NCBI GenBank assembly: GCA_964276515.1
Contig: OZ193910.1
Location: 2,232,001 to 2,296,000, forward strand
Length of the DNA: 64,000 nt
Direction: 5' to 3'
Origin: Gordius albopunctatus
Lineage: Eukaryota
The notes below the pieces were generated by a model. That model was not told the origin of the DNA. It searched no databases and worked only from the letters and a program-made list of their open reading frames with translations. Each line of letters opens with the position of its first letter. Position 1 is the first letter of the stretch. Of this stretch, positions 43,401 through 55,125 are shown piece by piece. The position numbers and the translations under genes are program-made.

Positions 43401-44138
43401 AAAAAAATTTCAATAACTGTCTGTCACACTAAGGTGGTCAGCTTCTTTAGATATTTGGATAAGGGGTGATGCTCAGCTATCCAGGCCGGACAGCCGTGGT
43501 GACGATGTGATTTTTAATCTTTTTTGAAATAAGTGGCAGAGGCGGGATTGAACCTGTGAGCTTTTGCTTCAAAAACTAAACCTATACCCACTACGCCTTA
43601 TGGGGTTTTGTTTGGTCGACTTTTGGTTCAACAAGACTAAGGGCCGATTAAGAAAAACCTTTGGTCTGGTTATGTTTCTAGACCAAACAAAAACCCAACC
43701 GTTTTTACAGCGGTACCCCTAAATATCATATAACTATAATTATAAATTTTGCATAATAATTTAACTTATACAAAAAATTATTAATAATTTTAACCTTCTG
43801 GAGTCACGCGTAGCCAAGAAGATAAAGGAGTTTTAAATTATCTACTACTCATTATCAACATTTTTACATTAAAAACCTTTTAGTCTAATACAAATTTTAC
43901 AAGTAGGATTGTTAAAATCTCTAAAAAATCATATTTCCAAGTTTAGCAATCAAAAATATTTGAGCCTTAGATTTTATATGTTATTTAGAGGCATAGCATA
44001 AAAGCGATACCCTATTCAGAAATGACCTTCACCCAAAGAGGCAAACAACGCCATTTATACATATACGGTATCAACAATGAAGTTTTCGTACCCGATGATA
44101 AAGGTGCAAATAATTGCTTAGGATGCATCCTCAACTAA
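29286..44138 (+). CDS. SSUH2: SSUH2 homologue (DnaJ-type zinc-finger repeat protein), 11 exons, about 457 aa
   Basis: GT-AG exons in consistent phase: 29286-29313 (tentative first exon), 29354-29581, 30627-30693, 31047-31176, 32724-32847, 33273-33400, 33880-34097, 39671-39763, 40103-40205, 40304-40408, 43989-44138. Family motifs include PGYE, YKLETFTESRSVEW..EP, PDPWEI, six CxxC(xGxG) units, VLPLTDF, RIIQQRHSIKAIP, YIYG and the C-terminal CLGCILN*. Confidence 0.92.
29898..30598 (-). mobile_element. Internally deleted hAT transposon retaining the C-terminal dimerisation domain
   Basis: TIRs TAGTGTTGTAAA / TTTACAGCACTA and GAACGCGTTC subterminal repeats. Minus strand about 30205-30090 reads SSSPLERVFSIANAVLTAKRSCLSDDNFEKQLLLKIN, the hAT dimerisation signature. 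Confidence 0.88.
30841..31004. mobile_element. hAT-type MITE (CATGGGCGTAGC family, diverged)
   Basis: Ends are CAAGGGCGTACC and GACTACCCCGTG; flanks gttatgaa / gttataga. Confidence 0.7.
31198..32580. mobile_element. Foldback element with about 165-bp inverted arms; the right arm is split by a MITE
   Basis: 31198-31362 is the reverse complement of 31812-31950 plus 32547-32580 (for example AACTTGCAAATTAATCGGTAAAATTTTAATTTA). Confidence 0.8.
31951..32546. mobile_element. hAT-type MITE (TAGAGCYCTGCA family)
   Basis: TIRs TAGAGCCCTGC / GCAGGGCTCTA; TSD gttcacgg / gttcacag. Confidence 0.9.
33618..33767. mobile_element. hAT-type MITE (CATGGGCGTAGC family)
   Basis: Ends are CCTGGGCGGAGC and GCTACGGCAATG; TSD tttatact / tttatacc. 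Confidence 0.8.
34456..36929. repeat. (ACAT)n tetranucleotide microsatellite, about 2.47 kb
   Basis: Almost pure ACAT units with only a few variants, all near the two ends. It lies in SSUH2 intron 7. Confidence 0.99.
37255..39001. repeat. Repeat element split by RTE copy D; inverted partner of 41046-41620
   Basis: 37255-37735 is the reverse complement of about 41175-41620, and 38965-39001 is the reverse complement of 41046-41075. Confidence 0.8.
37797..38906 (+). mobile_element. RTE-clade LINE, sister subfamily, with a large internal deletion (copy D)
   Basis: Same 5' leader (ACGACGGTCCCAAGTCCG). The APE N-terminus SWNVGTL is joined at about 38100 to RT MLYANDIVL...YLGS...LWWYGHV. Short (GAA)n tail. 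Confidence 0.95.
41046..41620. repeat. Interspersed repeat; inverted partner of 37255-39001
   Basis: Colinear reverse-complement similarity over about 480 bp, for example CAGGCAGCATTTATATCAG and AATGAGAACATTTAAAAGCCTTTTT. Confidence 0.8.
43418..43597 (-). mobile_element. tRNA-derived SINE-like element
   Basis: The minus strand reads GGCGTAGTGGG (A box) ... GGTTCAATCCC (B box) at tRNA-like spacing, followed by a non-tRNA body. No convincing cloverleaf. Confidence 0.65.
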
Positions 44139-44159
44139 AATATTTGCTCAGCCTAACAC

Positions 44160-44262
44160 CATGGGCGGAGAAGGAGGGGCAGGGGGCAGGAAGGGGCGGC
44201 TGCCCCCTCTAAATCCAAAAAATTTTGCCCCCCCCCCAACCCCAATGCTGGCTACGCCCATG
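44160..44262. mobile_element. hAT-type MITE (CATGGGCGTAGC family) in the SSUH2 3' UTR
   Basis: Ends are CATGGGCGGAG and CTACGCCCATG; TSD cctaacac / cctaaaac. Confidence 0.85.
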
Positions 44263-44970
44263 CCTAAAACTCTAAAGCTCGCTACTTAAAAATCATGTCG
44301 GAGCTAATTGCTATTACACTACATCCACCGTCTAGCATCTATTCAACTAAGACAATTTTTGCGAAAAAAACCATTTAAATTTCAACTAAACACTTTCAAA
44401 TTGAAATAAAGGATAAAAATATAGCCGTTGGCCCCCTAAGCTCAACACAAAAAGCTACATGTGATTATCCATTTATAAAAATACCAAGAAGTCGCATAAT
44501 TTGTAAAACAACAACAAAATGTTTATATAAATAATTTATATTCGTCGAAATTTGTATTATAATATGGTACATGCATAAATAAATCAATGTCCAGCTGCGC
44601 ATAATGCCTAGTTTTGGGGTAAGTTGTAACCGTCCAGCAGATCTTTTGATGCTCTTTCCATTGATTCTTCCTGTATATAAGTCAAACTTATATATAATTC
44701 CAGCATCAAATTTCTAAATTATAATAAAAATGTCGATATGGAAGTTCAATATACAGCCCTGATGCAAAATCATTTTATAATAGTATATCCGACTATAAAC
44801 AAGTCTAGATTTACATATTTATAAAGCTAAAAAATGGAACTTACAAACTTTTCAAGAAATCTTTCAAATAAAAATTTTATAAAGAATATAGGATTTTGAT
44901 TTGTTGAGTATAGTTTGGAAAAATACGAAAGCTTGGCCCGTATAAAAATGAGAGTTTAAAGCATCCACAC

Positions 44971-45159
44971 TAGTGTTGTAAAAACGGTTGGACTGCGTTT
45001 GGCAGACCTTTGGTTTAACTAAGACTAATGGTGGACTCAAGTCTGGATTTCAAATTTCGACTAAGAAAAATAGACTTACGTATCTATCATCTGTTTATGT
45101 TTAGTCGACTAAAAGCAACGGTCAGCCAAACAAAACCCCCAGCCGTTTTTCCAACACTC
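44971..45159. mobile_element. Small MITE (TAGTGTTGT family)
   Basis: Ends are TAGTGTTGTAAAAACGGTTGG and CCAGCCGTTTTTCCAACACT. Confidence 0.7.
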
Positions 45160-45234
45160 AAACCTAGAAAGTAAATTTTAGTAAAAAATTCACTTTTTAC
45201 CTTATAGGGCCGGTTTAGATCTTCAAGCGTGGAA

Positions 45235-47671
45235 CTAATTATTGGGAAAATAATAGCCTGGTGGTAATGGTATTATTTTATCCGAGTTGGTGGGACTCGA
45301 TTTGTCTTCTTTAGGATGCTGAATTAGAGCTTGGGGGTTTGTAATACGAAACGTTGGGCCATTGTTCATCATCTTCAATTAAAAACATTTGTTCCCAAAT
45401 TAAATAAAAATAATGTTTCAAAATTTGTCACCACAATTGGCAGGGGTTAAAAATTGCCAGCAATATTTTATATTTTACAAATTTAGTGTAAAATTAATGG
45501 AAAACTGGAATGAATGTATAAGTAAAAATTAACCTATTGTAGCATCTAAGCTGTCATTTAATTTTAAAAATTAATTTATGCCATAATTTTTCATTTTAGA
45601 CTAATTGAAAAAGAAATTTAAATTATTAATTTAAACTTTGAAAAATATAAATTTTGAATTTAAGTAAACTTATATTAAAGAAAAGTTAATAAAGATCATG
45701 GTGACCTGTTGATTTGAGGATTTTTGTGTGATACCCATTTTATTTAAGGCAGGCAAAATGTTGGCCATATTTGACACTTGGCTCGGAGGTTCTTGTTTGA
45801 TTTGTTTATTTAACCAGTTTATAACTAAATTAAAAATCAATAAAAAAATTTATTCTAAACTAATACCTGTTTCGTTCAATTTAATTTTAGAGTTGAGTTT
45901 TTCAATTTCTTGAAATTGCATCTCAGAAATGGTTTTCATCTCAATAACTTCTTTCTCCAATCTTTCTTCATTCTGTCTAGTCCCCTCCAATTTTTCTACA
46001 ATATCCTTCAGTTCGTTCTCGTTGCTTTCTAAACATTTCTCTTGTTTCAAGATAACTACATTTTGTTCTTTCATCTATAAATTCCATACAAAAAAGATTT
46101 GACATTTTTTAAACATGGACTTTTACCTTGTTTTGCAAATACTTATTTTCGTATTGTAACTTTTTGATAATCTCATGACTTTTGTTCATATCCTGCAAAA
46201 GTTTTTGGGATGATGCTTCTATGAAATTAATGTCACCCTTTTTCTTCTCGTAGTTTTCTATATAACGTTCCTGCATTTCGATAAAATAAAATATATTTTA
46301 ACCTTATAATTAATAATTGTATAGATTAATTACCTTTTCCAATTTAAGTTGTTCATATTTATCTTTCAATTTTTCGTATGTTCTTTTACATAGATCACGT
46401 TCCGTTTCAATTTCTTTTACTTTACTATCAAAATCACCCATCATTTTGGTTTTTTCAATGTCAGAAGAATTTAATAACTTTTTTAAATTCTAGATTTTAA
46501 AATAAAAAAATCCAATTGATTAAAGGAAATTATTTATATAATTGTTGAAATTTGTTTATAAAGTGCATACATTATTTTCTAATTCCAACTTTTCTAACCG
46601 TGTTTTATTTTCGCGTAAATGATCATTTAATTTTTTATCAACATTATTACGTTCATTGTCTAATTTTCTTTGCAACCTTGAAATTGCCTGTTAAGCCAAC
46701 AACAAAGCTTTTACAAATATTTAATTTTATAGTTTAAACTTGATGTGATCTTTCTTTTTCTTCTTTTAATTCTTTTTCATATTTGGAAGATACTTTAAGT
46801 TCTATTTCATTCAATTCATTTGAAAGCTTTTTGTACTCTTGGGATTTATTCTCAAATGCCTATAGACAAAATTTTTTACAGAATAATAATTATAACCTCT
46901 TGTGTTTCTTTGAGTTGATGGGCCAAATTATTTTCCATATATTGAAATTTAGTTTCTAAGTTAGATTTTTCTTCCTATATAAAAACTTGAGAAGGTAAAA
47001 AATGTGTGATTACTTTAATTTGTTTAAGATATAATAATAAATAATCTTTAATATCTTTGTCTGAAGCCAAAACTAATTTTATGGTCAAATGGGTCAAATA
47101 TTTAAAAGAATTTGTCTCGGTTATTTTAAGTAAATAAGTAGTTGCATCATTTGACATTTCACCACCTTCCAATTTATCAAGTGATAATATATATCTAAAT
47201 ACATAAAAAACATTTATCGAAGTCAATAGTAAATAAATTAAGCATAATTATCATAACCCAAAGCTAAATTTACTTTGGAGCTGATTTCCCTTCCTCTTCC
47301 TGACACATTTTTAGCAACTCAATAATTTTTTTAGGAAATAATTCAAAATCTATCAAAAGACCTTGTTCAGCTTTCAAACTAATATAATAAAATTAATTCA
47401 TGCATTTTAAAACTACTTTAAAAAATTAGTTTCATCAATATCTGCTCTATATATATGAAAAATATTATTATCTTCTATTAATTCTAATAGCAGAATCTAA
47501 ATATTAAATGCATATTTAATATTACAATACCTTTTTTACCCGCGCTTCCCATTTGACATTTACGAGCAATATACGCTTACTAAAAAACTTATTTAAAATT
47601 TTTGTGAATTACTTTTCCTTATATGAGTTATCTATATAAAACTTTAGCTTCTGCGAATATAGCAATGCCAT
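45235..47671 (-). CDS. SASS6: Spindle assembly abnormal protein 6 (SAS-6) homologue, 13 exons, about 517 aa
   Basis: GT-AG exons on the minus strand: 47671-47613, 47579-47531, 47496-47417, 47378-47274, 47194-47014, 46974-46897, 46859-46740, 46687-46571, 46489-46334, 46270-46127, 46074-45867, 45824-45706, 45372-45235 (last junction tentative). Head-domain motifs LKAEQGLLIDFELFPKKIIELLKMC and ETNSFKYLTHL, a coiled coil with HEIIKKLQ, NVVILKQEK and VINWLNKQ, and the tail GYYFPNN*. Confidence 0.95.
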
Positions 47672-47798
47672 ATGAAGTTTACAAATTTTAAAGTACCGCC
47701 AATAGTTACAATATACCTCTCTAAAATTACACGAGTGATAACGCTACCAGAAAATTAAAGCGACTATCTACCATTTTATAAAATATTATAGGAAGTAG

Positions 47799-48222
47799 CC
47801 AGCTTTCGGATCAGGGGGGGGGCGAGCAAAAAAAATCGCCGAGACTAAGTGAGAGCAAAAAAAAAAAAAATAGGTCGCCAAGACCTTTTTTTGGTATTTA
47901 ACTTAGTAATTAAAATATTTTGCTATTCTTTGGCCTCAACCCACATAAAAACTCACTATTAATCAACAGTACAGTGTACAGAGGATATGTAAACGATATA
48001 TGAAGGAACTAACCCAAACGCAACTACTAATCTCAATATTTAATTCTTATATAATTTTGCGTCAAAAGGTCGTGAAATAAAATTTTCAACATAAAACTTA
48101 ATTTCAATCAGGGGGGGGGCGAAACACTAATTTTTTCCAATTTTTACATAAATTTACATTAAAAAATAGAAAAATTCTCATTCAGGGGGGGCCCCCTGCC
48201 CCCCCCCCTGCCTACGCCCATG
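47799..48222. mobile_element. Longer CATGGGCGTAG-family element with a damaged left end
   Basis: Right TIR CTACGCCCATG; flanks ggaagtag / ggaagtac; repeated TCAGGGGGGG motifs. Confidence 0.7.
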
Positions 48223-48871
48223 GGAAGTACTTCTGTAGAATTTAAAATATTTTTTGCCGCTCGCTACACATCTCGTGTATCGGTTTATAATCTCTAAAAA
48301 TTATTTAATTCCATAAACTCTAAACTATATTCGGCCGCCTCCAATTTAAAACCCAAGTGTTATAACTCTTCTACATAATAATCTATTTTTTCCCTTACAG
48401 AGTCAGAAAATGTTTGACAATTGTAATTATAGGTTCTTTAAATTATCTGCTTTTTGTAAAAGATTTTTGTTCACTATCATAATAAAACAGTTACCATTAT
48501 ATTACCCCCATCCTGCGTCATTACTTGTAAATTTGTTTATAAAATTTTTAACAATTTGTAGAATGAACATATTGGGGGCTATTACGGATAAATTGTATCC
48601 ATCTACAATTATCGTTATAAAAATTACATAATCCCAAACCATTATTAAATCACGTTAAATAACTCGTCATTTCTAAAATTAAATTCGCCCTTTATCCTTA
48701 AAATTTATTTTATAATGTATGTGGTATATCTAATAACTGCAAAAAAATAAAACAGGTAAAGATAAATAAATTTATTTGTTATTTAACTTTTTATAGATGG
48801 GTTAAATTAAGAGATTCTTTATTATACAATCAGGCAGAGGCTCTTATGTTATTATTTATCCATGTATCATA

Positions 48872-50615
48872 TCTATTCTATATATATATAAATCTAAGTC
48901 CCTTTTTTTGAACGCTAATAACTTTTAGAGTTCTCAACCGATTGCCACCAAATTTGGCCAGATTATTGCCTTAGCATTGTAGAAGGTTTATAGATACTTT
49001 TTATCAACCTACGACAGCGGGAACCATGTTTTTTGGGGTCTAGCGGATTATTTATACTGCGTTGTTTGTACTTATTTATCGTTATGGTGCTAATTTTTGC
49101 CTTAAACATTTTTCCATGATTGCTTTGTCATTTGTGTCTCAATTTTTTACTTAACTACGCCCGTTTTCTTTACAATATATAAATCTGTAACAAATAAATA
49201 TTCTAGATACCGTAATACATCACCATATACTTAAATAAATATAACGCGCACTTTTAGAAACATTCCCACCTTTCTTGATTCTTTTCCATTTTTACGAAGT
49301 TCGGAATAATATTTGCACATTCCCACGTTTGTGATCTGTGACAGGATAAGGTAAGTTCATAATATTTAAAATCCATCTTAAATGCTATTTTCATGTTTAT
49401 ATCTTTTTAATTGTAAGGTTTAGGACAATTTATTAACAATTCATAGGAAAGTTCATCATATTTAAATTTGCACATTCCCACGTTTGTGATCTGTGACAGG
49501 ATAAGGTAACTTCATCATATTTAAAATCCATATATTTAATATAATTAAAGTAATATTTGCACATTCCCATGTTTGTGATCTGTGACAGGAATCCATATAT
49601 TTAATACAATTAAAGTAATATTTGCACATTCCCAAGTTTGTGATCTGTGACAGGATAAGGTAAGTTCATCATATTTAAAATCCATATTTTCATAGCAATG
49701 CAATGCTTTCTTAAATGCTAATTTCATGTTTATATCTTTTTAATTGTAAGGCTTAATTAAATTTAATAACAATTCATAGGAAAGTTCATCATATTTAAAA
49801 TCCATATATTTAATATAATTTAATTTTCATGGCAATGCATTGCTATCTTAAATGCTAATTTCATGTTTCTATCTTTTTAATTGTAAGGCTTAAGTTCAAT
49901 TTAATAACAATTCATAGGAAAACAAGCATGTGAGTTATTATCCCATCAATTGCTAGAAATTGGAGACGGAACCGTGCCCGGTGATATAACCTCAGAACGG
50001 ATTTCATTTCCTACCAACTTCTGCCATTTTGTGCCTTCCAAAACAGCTTTGGTGGAAAACGTTTTTCCAAATATTAACACCCATTATCTATCTCTAATAT
50101 GGCTCCGTCAACGGGCAATTCTCGCCCCAAAGAATAAAGACGTCTACGAACTTAACAATCTCATTCTGTCTACCATTCACACCAGTCCTGTCACCTACAA
50201 GTGGGTTGACACTGTTGTTAGTGCTGAGCTGATGACGCTGTTAATTATTCGATCGAATTTTTAAATTCGCTAGATCTTCCAGGCATACCACCACACGTTT
50301 TGCATTTAAAAATTGGGGTACCTATTATCATGTTGCGCAATATTAATCAGCCAAAACTTTGCAATGGCACACGTCTTGCTATTAAACGCTTAATGTGCAA
50401 CGTTGTTGAGGCCACGATTTTGACTGGACCTTTCACGGGAGAAGATGTCTTCATACCACGGATCCATTTAATTCCAACAGATATGCCCTTTGAATTTAGA
50501 AGATTGCAATTTCCTTTCAAACTCGCATTTGCTATAACCATTAACAAAGCTCAAGGCCAGTCCCTTGCAATTTGTGGAATCGATTTAGAAACAGATTGCT
50601 TCTCACATGGACAAT
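48872..50615 (+). mobile_element. Helitron 1: 5' end, minisatellites and PIF1 helicase C-terminal remnant
   Basis: Starts A|TCTATTCTATATATATATAAA. 49950-50615 encodes [43 protein letters not shown] and [13 protein letters not shown]...FSHGQ, with a frameshift and 3' truncation. Confidence 0.9.
49305..49920. repeat. Irregular minisatellites inside Helitron 1
   Basis: Four copies of TTTGCACATTCCCAnGTTTGTGATCTGTGACAGGA, plus three copies of TTCATGTTTATATCTTTTTAATTGTAAGG...AACAATTCATAGGAAA. Confidence 0.85.
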
Positions 50616-52729
50616 TTAATAGAATTCTGAGGTTGGTGCAAGGGCGTGGAAGTGTAATTTGATTATTAGCGCAAAGCCGAGCTCGAACAGAAAAGAAAGA
50701 ATAATAGGAGTTTCGATAAAGATTGGCACTTACGTCCTCCTCCTTTTTCCGGCGAAACAAATTTCGAAAGAATTTGTGAATTCTTTTTCTATATTGCTTG
50801 TTAATGGGCGATTTAACATATTTATTAAATAATATTGATTTAGGGCGAGCACTATCCAGGGAGGAACAAAACCGAATTAGCGAAGTTATAGCTTAGGGTT
50901 GATAGCCAACGCTAGGGAATGTAAGGTTTATTTAATTTCCGGATATGTGGTCTTGGCATTCATCGTCATGCCTGCCCACATAATCTTTCATTTTAACCCT
51001 GTGTTTCCTCTTATTCTCATTCCAGAATGGCGAATTGCAGGGATTGGTTAGTGCATCTGGATAATATACCGGACCTTCTCTAAGAGAGGGAAAAATGTAT
51101 TACGAAGATATTTTGAGCTAGTGTCCTTTCCGTTCTCTTCATACTCAAAAATTGACTGAACTAAATCTTCGCAAACTTGTGCTGCTATTTAAATAGATTT
51201 ATTTGAAAATATGAAAATTTTCTGAAGTCACGGGCATTGATCCGTTTATGAAAAAGATTGCGTTATTTTGTTTATTTTATCATCTTCTTAAAGAATATTT
51301 TTTTAACCTGTCACATTTCATACATTTCGCATTTGGGTTGCCTTAAGCATATTGCTTTATTCAACCTTATTAGTATTTTAATTCTCTAGCAGATATTATA
51401 AGTTAATTTTGATAATAGATGAAATTCATTAAAAATGATAAACAGTTAAAATTTAATGTTTATTGTATATTAGCATTACTAATTATAATTATTGTCAGTT
51501 AACAGAAATATAACATTACATTGATTACGGAGATGTGAAGCTCTGATTATACAAAAGTCTCCTTTTTAACGCTTAATATACATTTAATTTTATAAATTAT
51601 ACCCTATGAAAAGGTTTTACTCAAAATCAGAATATTATTAAAGAGATTCGAATAAAGAAATTTTTTTAAAAATATTCCTTTAAATTGCACGACAAGAAAA
51701 CGGGCTCAGTCTGGCTTTTATTCCAAACGAGTACGGGCAAGTCCAAGGTGCATAGAAATAAATTTTGGACCGGCTCGGGGGCTTACAGTTTTTAAAGAAG
51801 CTCTCGTTTTAGACATCTCATTAAAATATGATTTAATCTAAATTTGCAAAAGGTATATAGAAACTAAGGGCTTATATCGGATTCGGATTCAAATCGCACG
51901 AATTTGTCTAAATATCCGATTCAATTTAATGGGTCAAACTCGGCTGTAATTATTAATATTTTGTTTTTTGACAGCTAAAAACGTTTTTTTGTTTATTTTA
52001 ACTCTTGAGATTAAATCTAAACTTTGCTGATACCTAAAAATTTAAAAACATAAAACATTTAAGCTTAGGAAAAAAATTGCAACTTATAAAATCGCTATTA
52101 TTTTATGCATCTGAAATGTAAATCTGCTGTGAATTCGAAGTTAAATCACGGCTATGTTATAACCTGTCTGTACGACATTTTTTCCTGCGCAACAAAATTC
52201 GATATTAGACAAGCCTTAAAACGTTAGTTTAACTTATATACAGTTGCTACACATTCTAAGTACGAGTATTCTTTAATTTCCTAACAAAGCCGCTTAAGTT
52301 AATATGCATGTATATAATGATATATATTCCCTCGCACACTAAAGAACGTGAAAATCGAGTATCTATATATATAAAAATGTAACTCCGTTATCTTGGTTCG
52401 CTAATAACTCCTAAAGTTTACGACAGATTGCCACCAAATTGGCCAGATCATCGCCTCAGCATCCTAGATGGTTTATAAATACTTTTATCCACCTGCGACA
52501 GCTGTAACCCTGTTTTTTGGTAGTGCTTACCGCTATCTAGCGGACGATAGATACAACGTTTTTGTTCCCATTTAGATTCGGACCTATAATCACTAATGGA
52601 CATAATAAATAACACATTTCCAAACTAGATACAAAATCGTAAATAAATAAAATAATAGAAAATATAAATTATAATAATTATATATATTAAATATATGTTT
52701 AAATTAATAAATACACAATAGTATATTGC

Positions 52730-53220
52730 ATAATATATATAAGATAGCATATATTGTAATACAATATAGTTCTCTAATAAATACGCTAACATAAAAACGT
52801 CTATGGCCATACTAAAACCTATATTATAACTGGATAAACGTAACTTTGTGATTAGTTAATGAATATATGCAAGCAAATAATACATTAATGTCTGTAGCCA
52901 TACTAATACCTATATTATAGGTGAATAAAAGTAACTTTGTGATTAGTTACTCAATATATGCAAGCATATAATAAATTGTAATAATATATAGTTTTCTAAT
53001 TTAACATAACGTCTATAGCCATACTAATACCTATATTATAAGTGAATAAAGGTAATTTTGTGATTAGTTAATGAGTATATGCAATTATATAATAAATTGT
53101 AACAATATATATATTTTTCCAATTTAACACGTTTATAGTCATATTAATAACTATATTATAAATGGATAAACGGAAGTTTGTGCAAGCACATAATAAAATG
53201 TAATACTATATAGTTTTTTA
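52730..53220. repeat. Degenerate AT-rich minisatellite (about 85-120 bp units) in Helitron 2
   Basis: Recurring GTCTATAGCCATACTAATACCTATATTATA...AACTTTGTGATTAGTTA. Confidence 0.8.
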
Positions 53221-53499
53221 ACATTTTATTGGGCAATAAAAATAAATAGTGAATTATACAAAACAAAATATGGGTACACAAATTATTCTGAATAAAAGAT
53301 AAGTTGCAAGATATAAAAATCAAAATTTTTAAATGTATTTATTAACCCTGTGCCACCCCGTTACGCCCCACCCCCTTACGTGTGTTAAGATAACTTATAT
53401 ATACGTCCGCCCACACACATACGCGTAATTTTTACTCCTATTTATGATGAGTTACGATTTTTAGTCCTTTAAGATATAAATAGTTAAAATGATTTTTAT

Positions 53500-54500
53500 T
53501 GCTTATTGCCTGAGAAGTAAAATACTGAAGCTAAATAAAGAAAATAAAAAATAATGATCATCCCCCTATACGAAGATATAAAAAATGTTTTAGTCCCCGA
53601 TAATTTAGATTTTATTTAATTTGCGGGATAATTCTCCGACGTTCGTAGATAGTTTAATAAATAAAATTTTCTGAGTATTTTAAAAACCTTTAAGAGTACT
53701 TATGGGGTTTGAGAAACCTTATAGTATTATAATTTAAAATCATATAAGCAGTTTTAGATTTAGCTTGGTTTTATATCGTCCTTTTAAAGTTATTAACAAG
53801 CTTAAACTATTTTTTCGTTAAAATCAAGCGGGACCTGATGATAACCTAAGACATAATTTGGATTCACTATTTTACAAAATATATAAGAAATAGATTTTAA
53901 AATTTATTCACAATTATTTCTCTGATTCACTAGCTTCAGTGAAGTCTCTAGTGTCTCTTTCATCGGATAGATTATTAGAAATATTATTGGATATAAAGAT
54001 TGACGGCGAATACGAAAAACTATAATACCGCGAGTCGTAACTATAGGAAACAAGACTAGAGATATTGTCGTTATAATTGAAAATATCAATATCGCGCGAA
54101 ACATCATTGTACGAGGCGAGTAGGGTGCTAATTTGTGAATTCTTTTCACGGACGCGTTTATTTATATAATATAAAATGCGACCTTGATCAATCTGCAAAA
54201 GATTAATCTCGGTTTTCCCGTTATCCTACTAATTTTCTTAGTAGGGTTTGCAACAACAACGTCTTTAAGTGCCCTTATCGTAACAAGACATTCATACTCT
54301 TCCCTCGGAGGTTCATGGTTGTGCTGACGATTAACAGGAATAATAAAATTCACTTCCGAGGCTGTTACTGGACAAGCTGAATTTCGGCACTTGTAATAAA
54401 CTTTGTTGGACATCTTCCTGTTCTTAACATACAGGTAGGAAGAGTAATAAAGGATTGATCCTCCTTTTTGGGATTTAATATAAATAGGAGTTTGTTCTAA
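53500..54500 (-). pseudogene. FLYWCH zinc-finger / MULE-type transposase fragment
   Basis: The minus strand reads IKSQKGGSILYYSSYLYVKNRKMSNKVYYKCRNSACPVTA...HNHEP, a FLYWCH signature. Frameshifted downstream. Confidence 0.75.
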
Positions 54501-54699
54501 AAATAAAATAAAAATTATTTATGTGATAGCTTCCATCTGATTGATGGCATCAACAAAAATTAGTGCATCTTCAATTGAAGGACCTTTTAAAATATTAATG
54601 TGAAACATTTAAAATAATCATTTTACCACTCGAGGTCATAGAACTTATGTTAGATGAAGAAGAGCCTAGAAAAATATAATAAAATAGGTGAGCTATGAA

Positions 54700-55125
54700 T
54701 ATACTTGGGCAAGCAGATTGCCCAATTTTGAGAGGTTCAAGAAAGTTTTGGAAATTGCACATTTGGTATGGGTGTAGGAACAACATATAAAGATGATGCT
54801 ATAACAATATAAACTATGAATCAAGTAAATTCATAGTGGGCAAGCAGATTGCCTAATTTGAGAGGTTCCAGACAATTTTGGAAATTGCACATTTCGTATT
54901 GGTGTACGAACAACATATAAAGATGATGCTATAATAATATAAACAATGAATCAAGTAAATTCATACTTGGGCAAGCAGATTGCCTAATTTGAGAGGTTCC
55001 AGACAATCTTGGAAATTGCACATTTGGTATGGGTGTACGAACAACATATAGAGATGATGCTATAACAATATCAACAATGAATCAAGTAAATTCATAATTG
55101 GGCAAGCAGATTGCTTAACTTGGGG
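54700..55125. repeat. About 130-bp tandem repeat, roughly 3.2 copies
   Basis: TGGGCAAGCAGATTGC recurs at about 54706, 54837, 54968 and 55099. Confidence 0.9.

Noticed and set aside
43533..43597. Functional tRNA gene
   Set aside because: A and B boxes are present, but the acceptor and anticodon stems do not form convincingly. It is treated as a SINE head.
48410..48700. Possible MULE C-terminal remnant on the minus strand
   Set aside because: Only a faint DGYN...PNMF resemblance, too weak to call.
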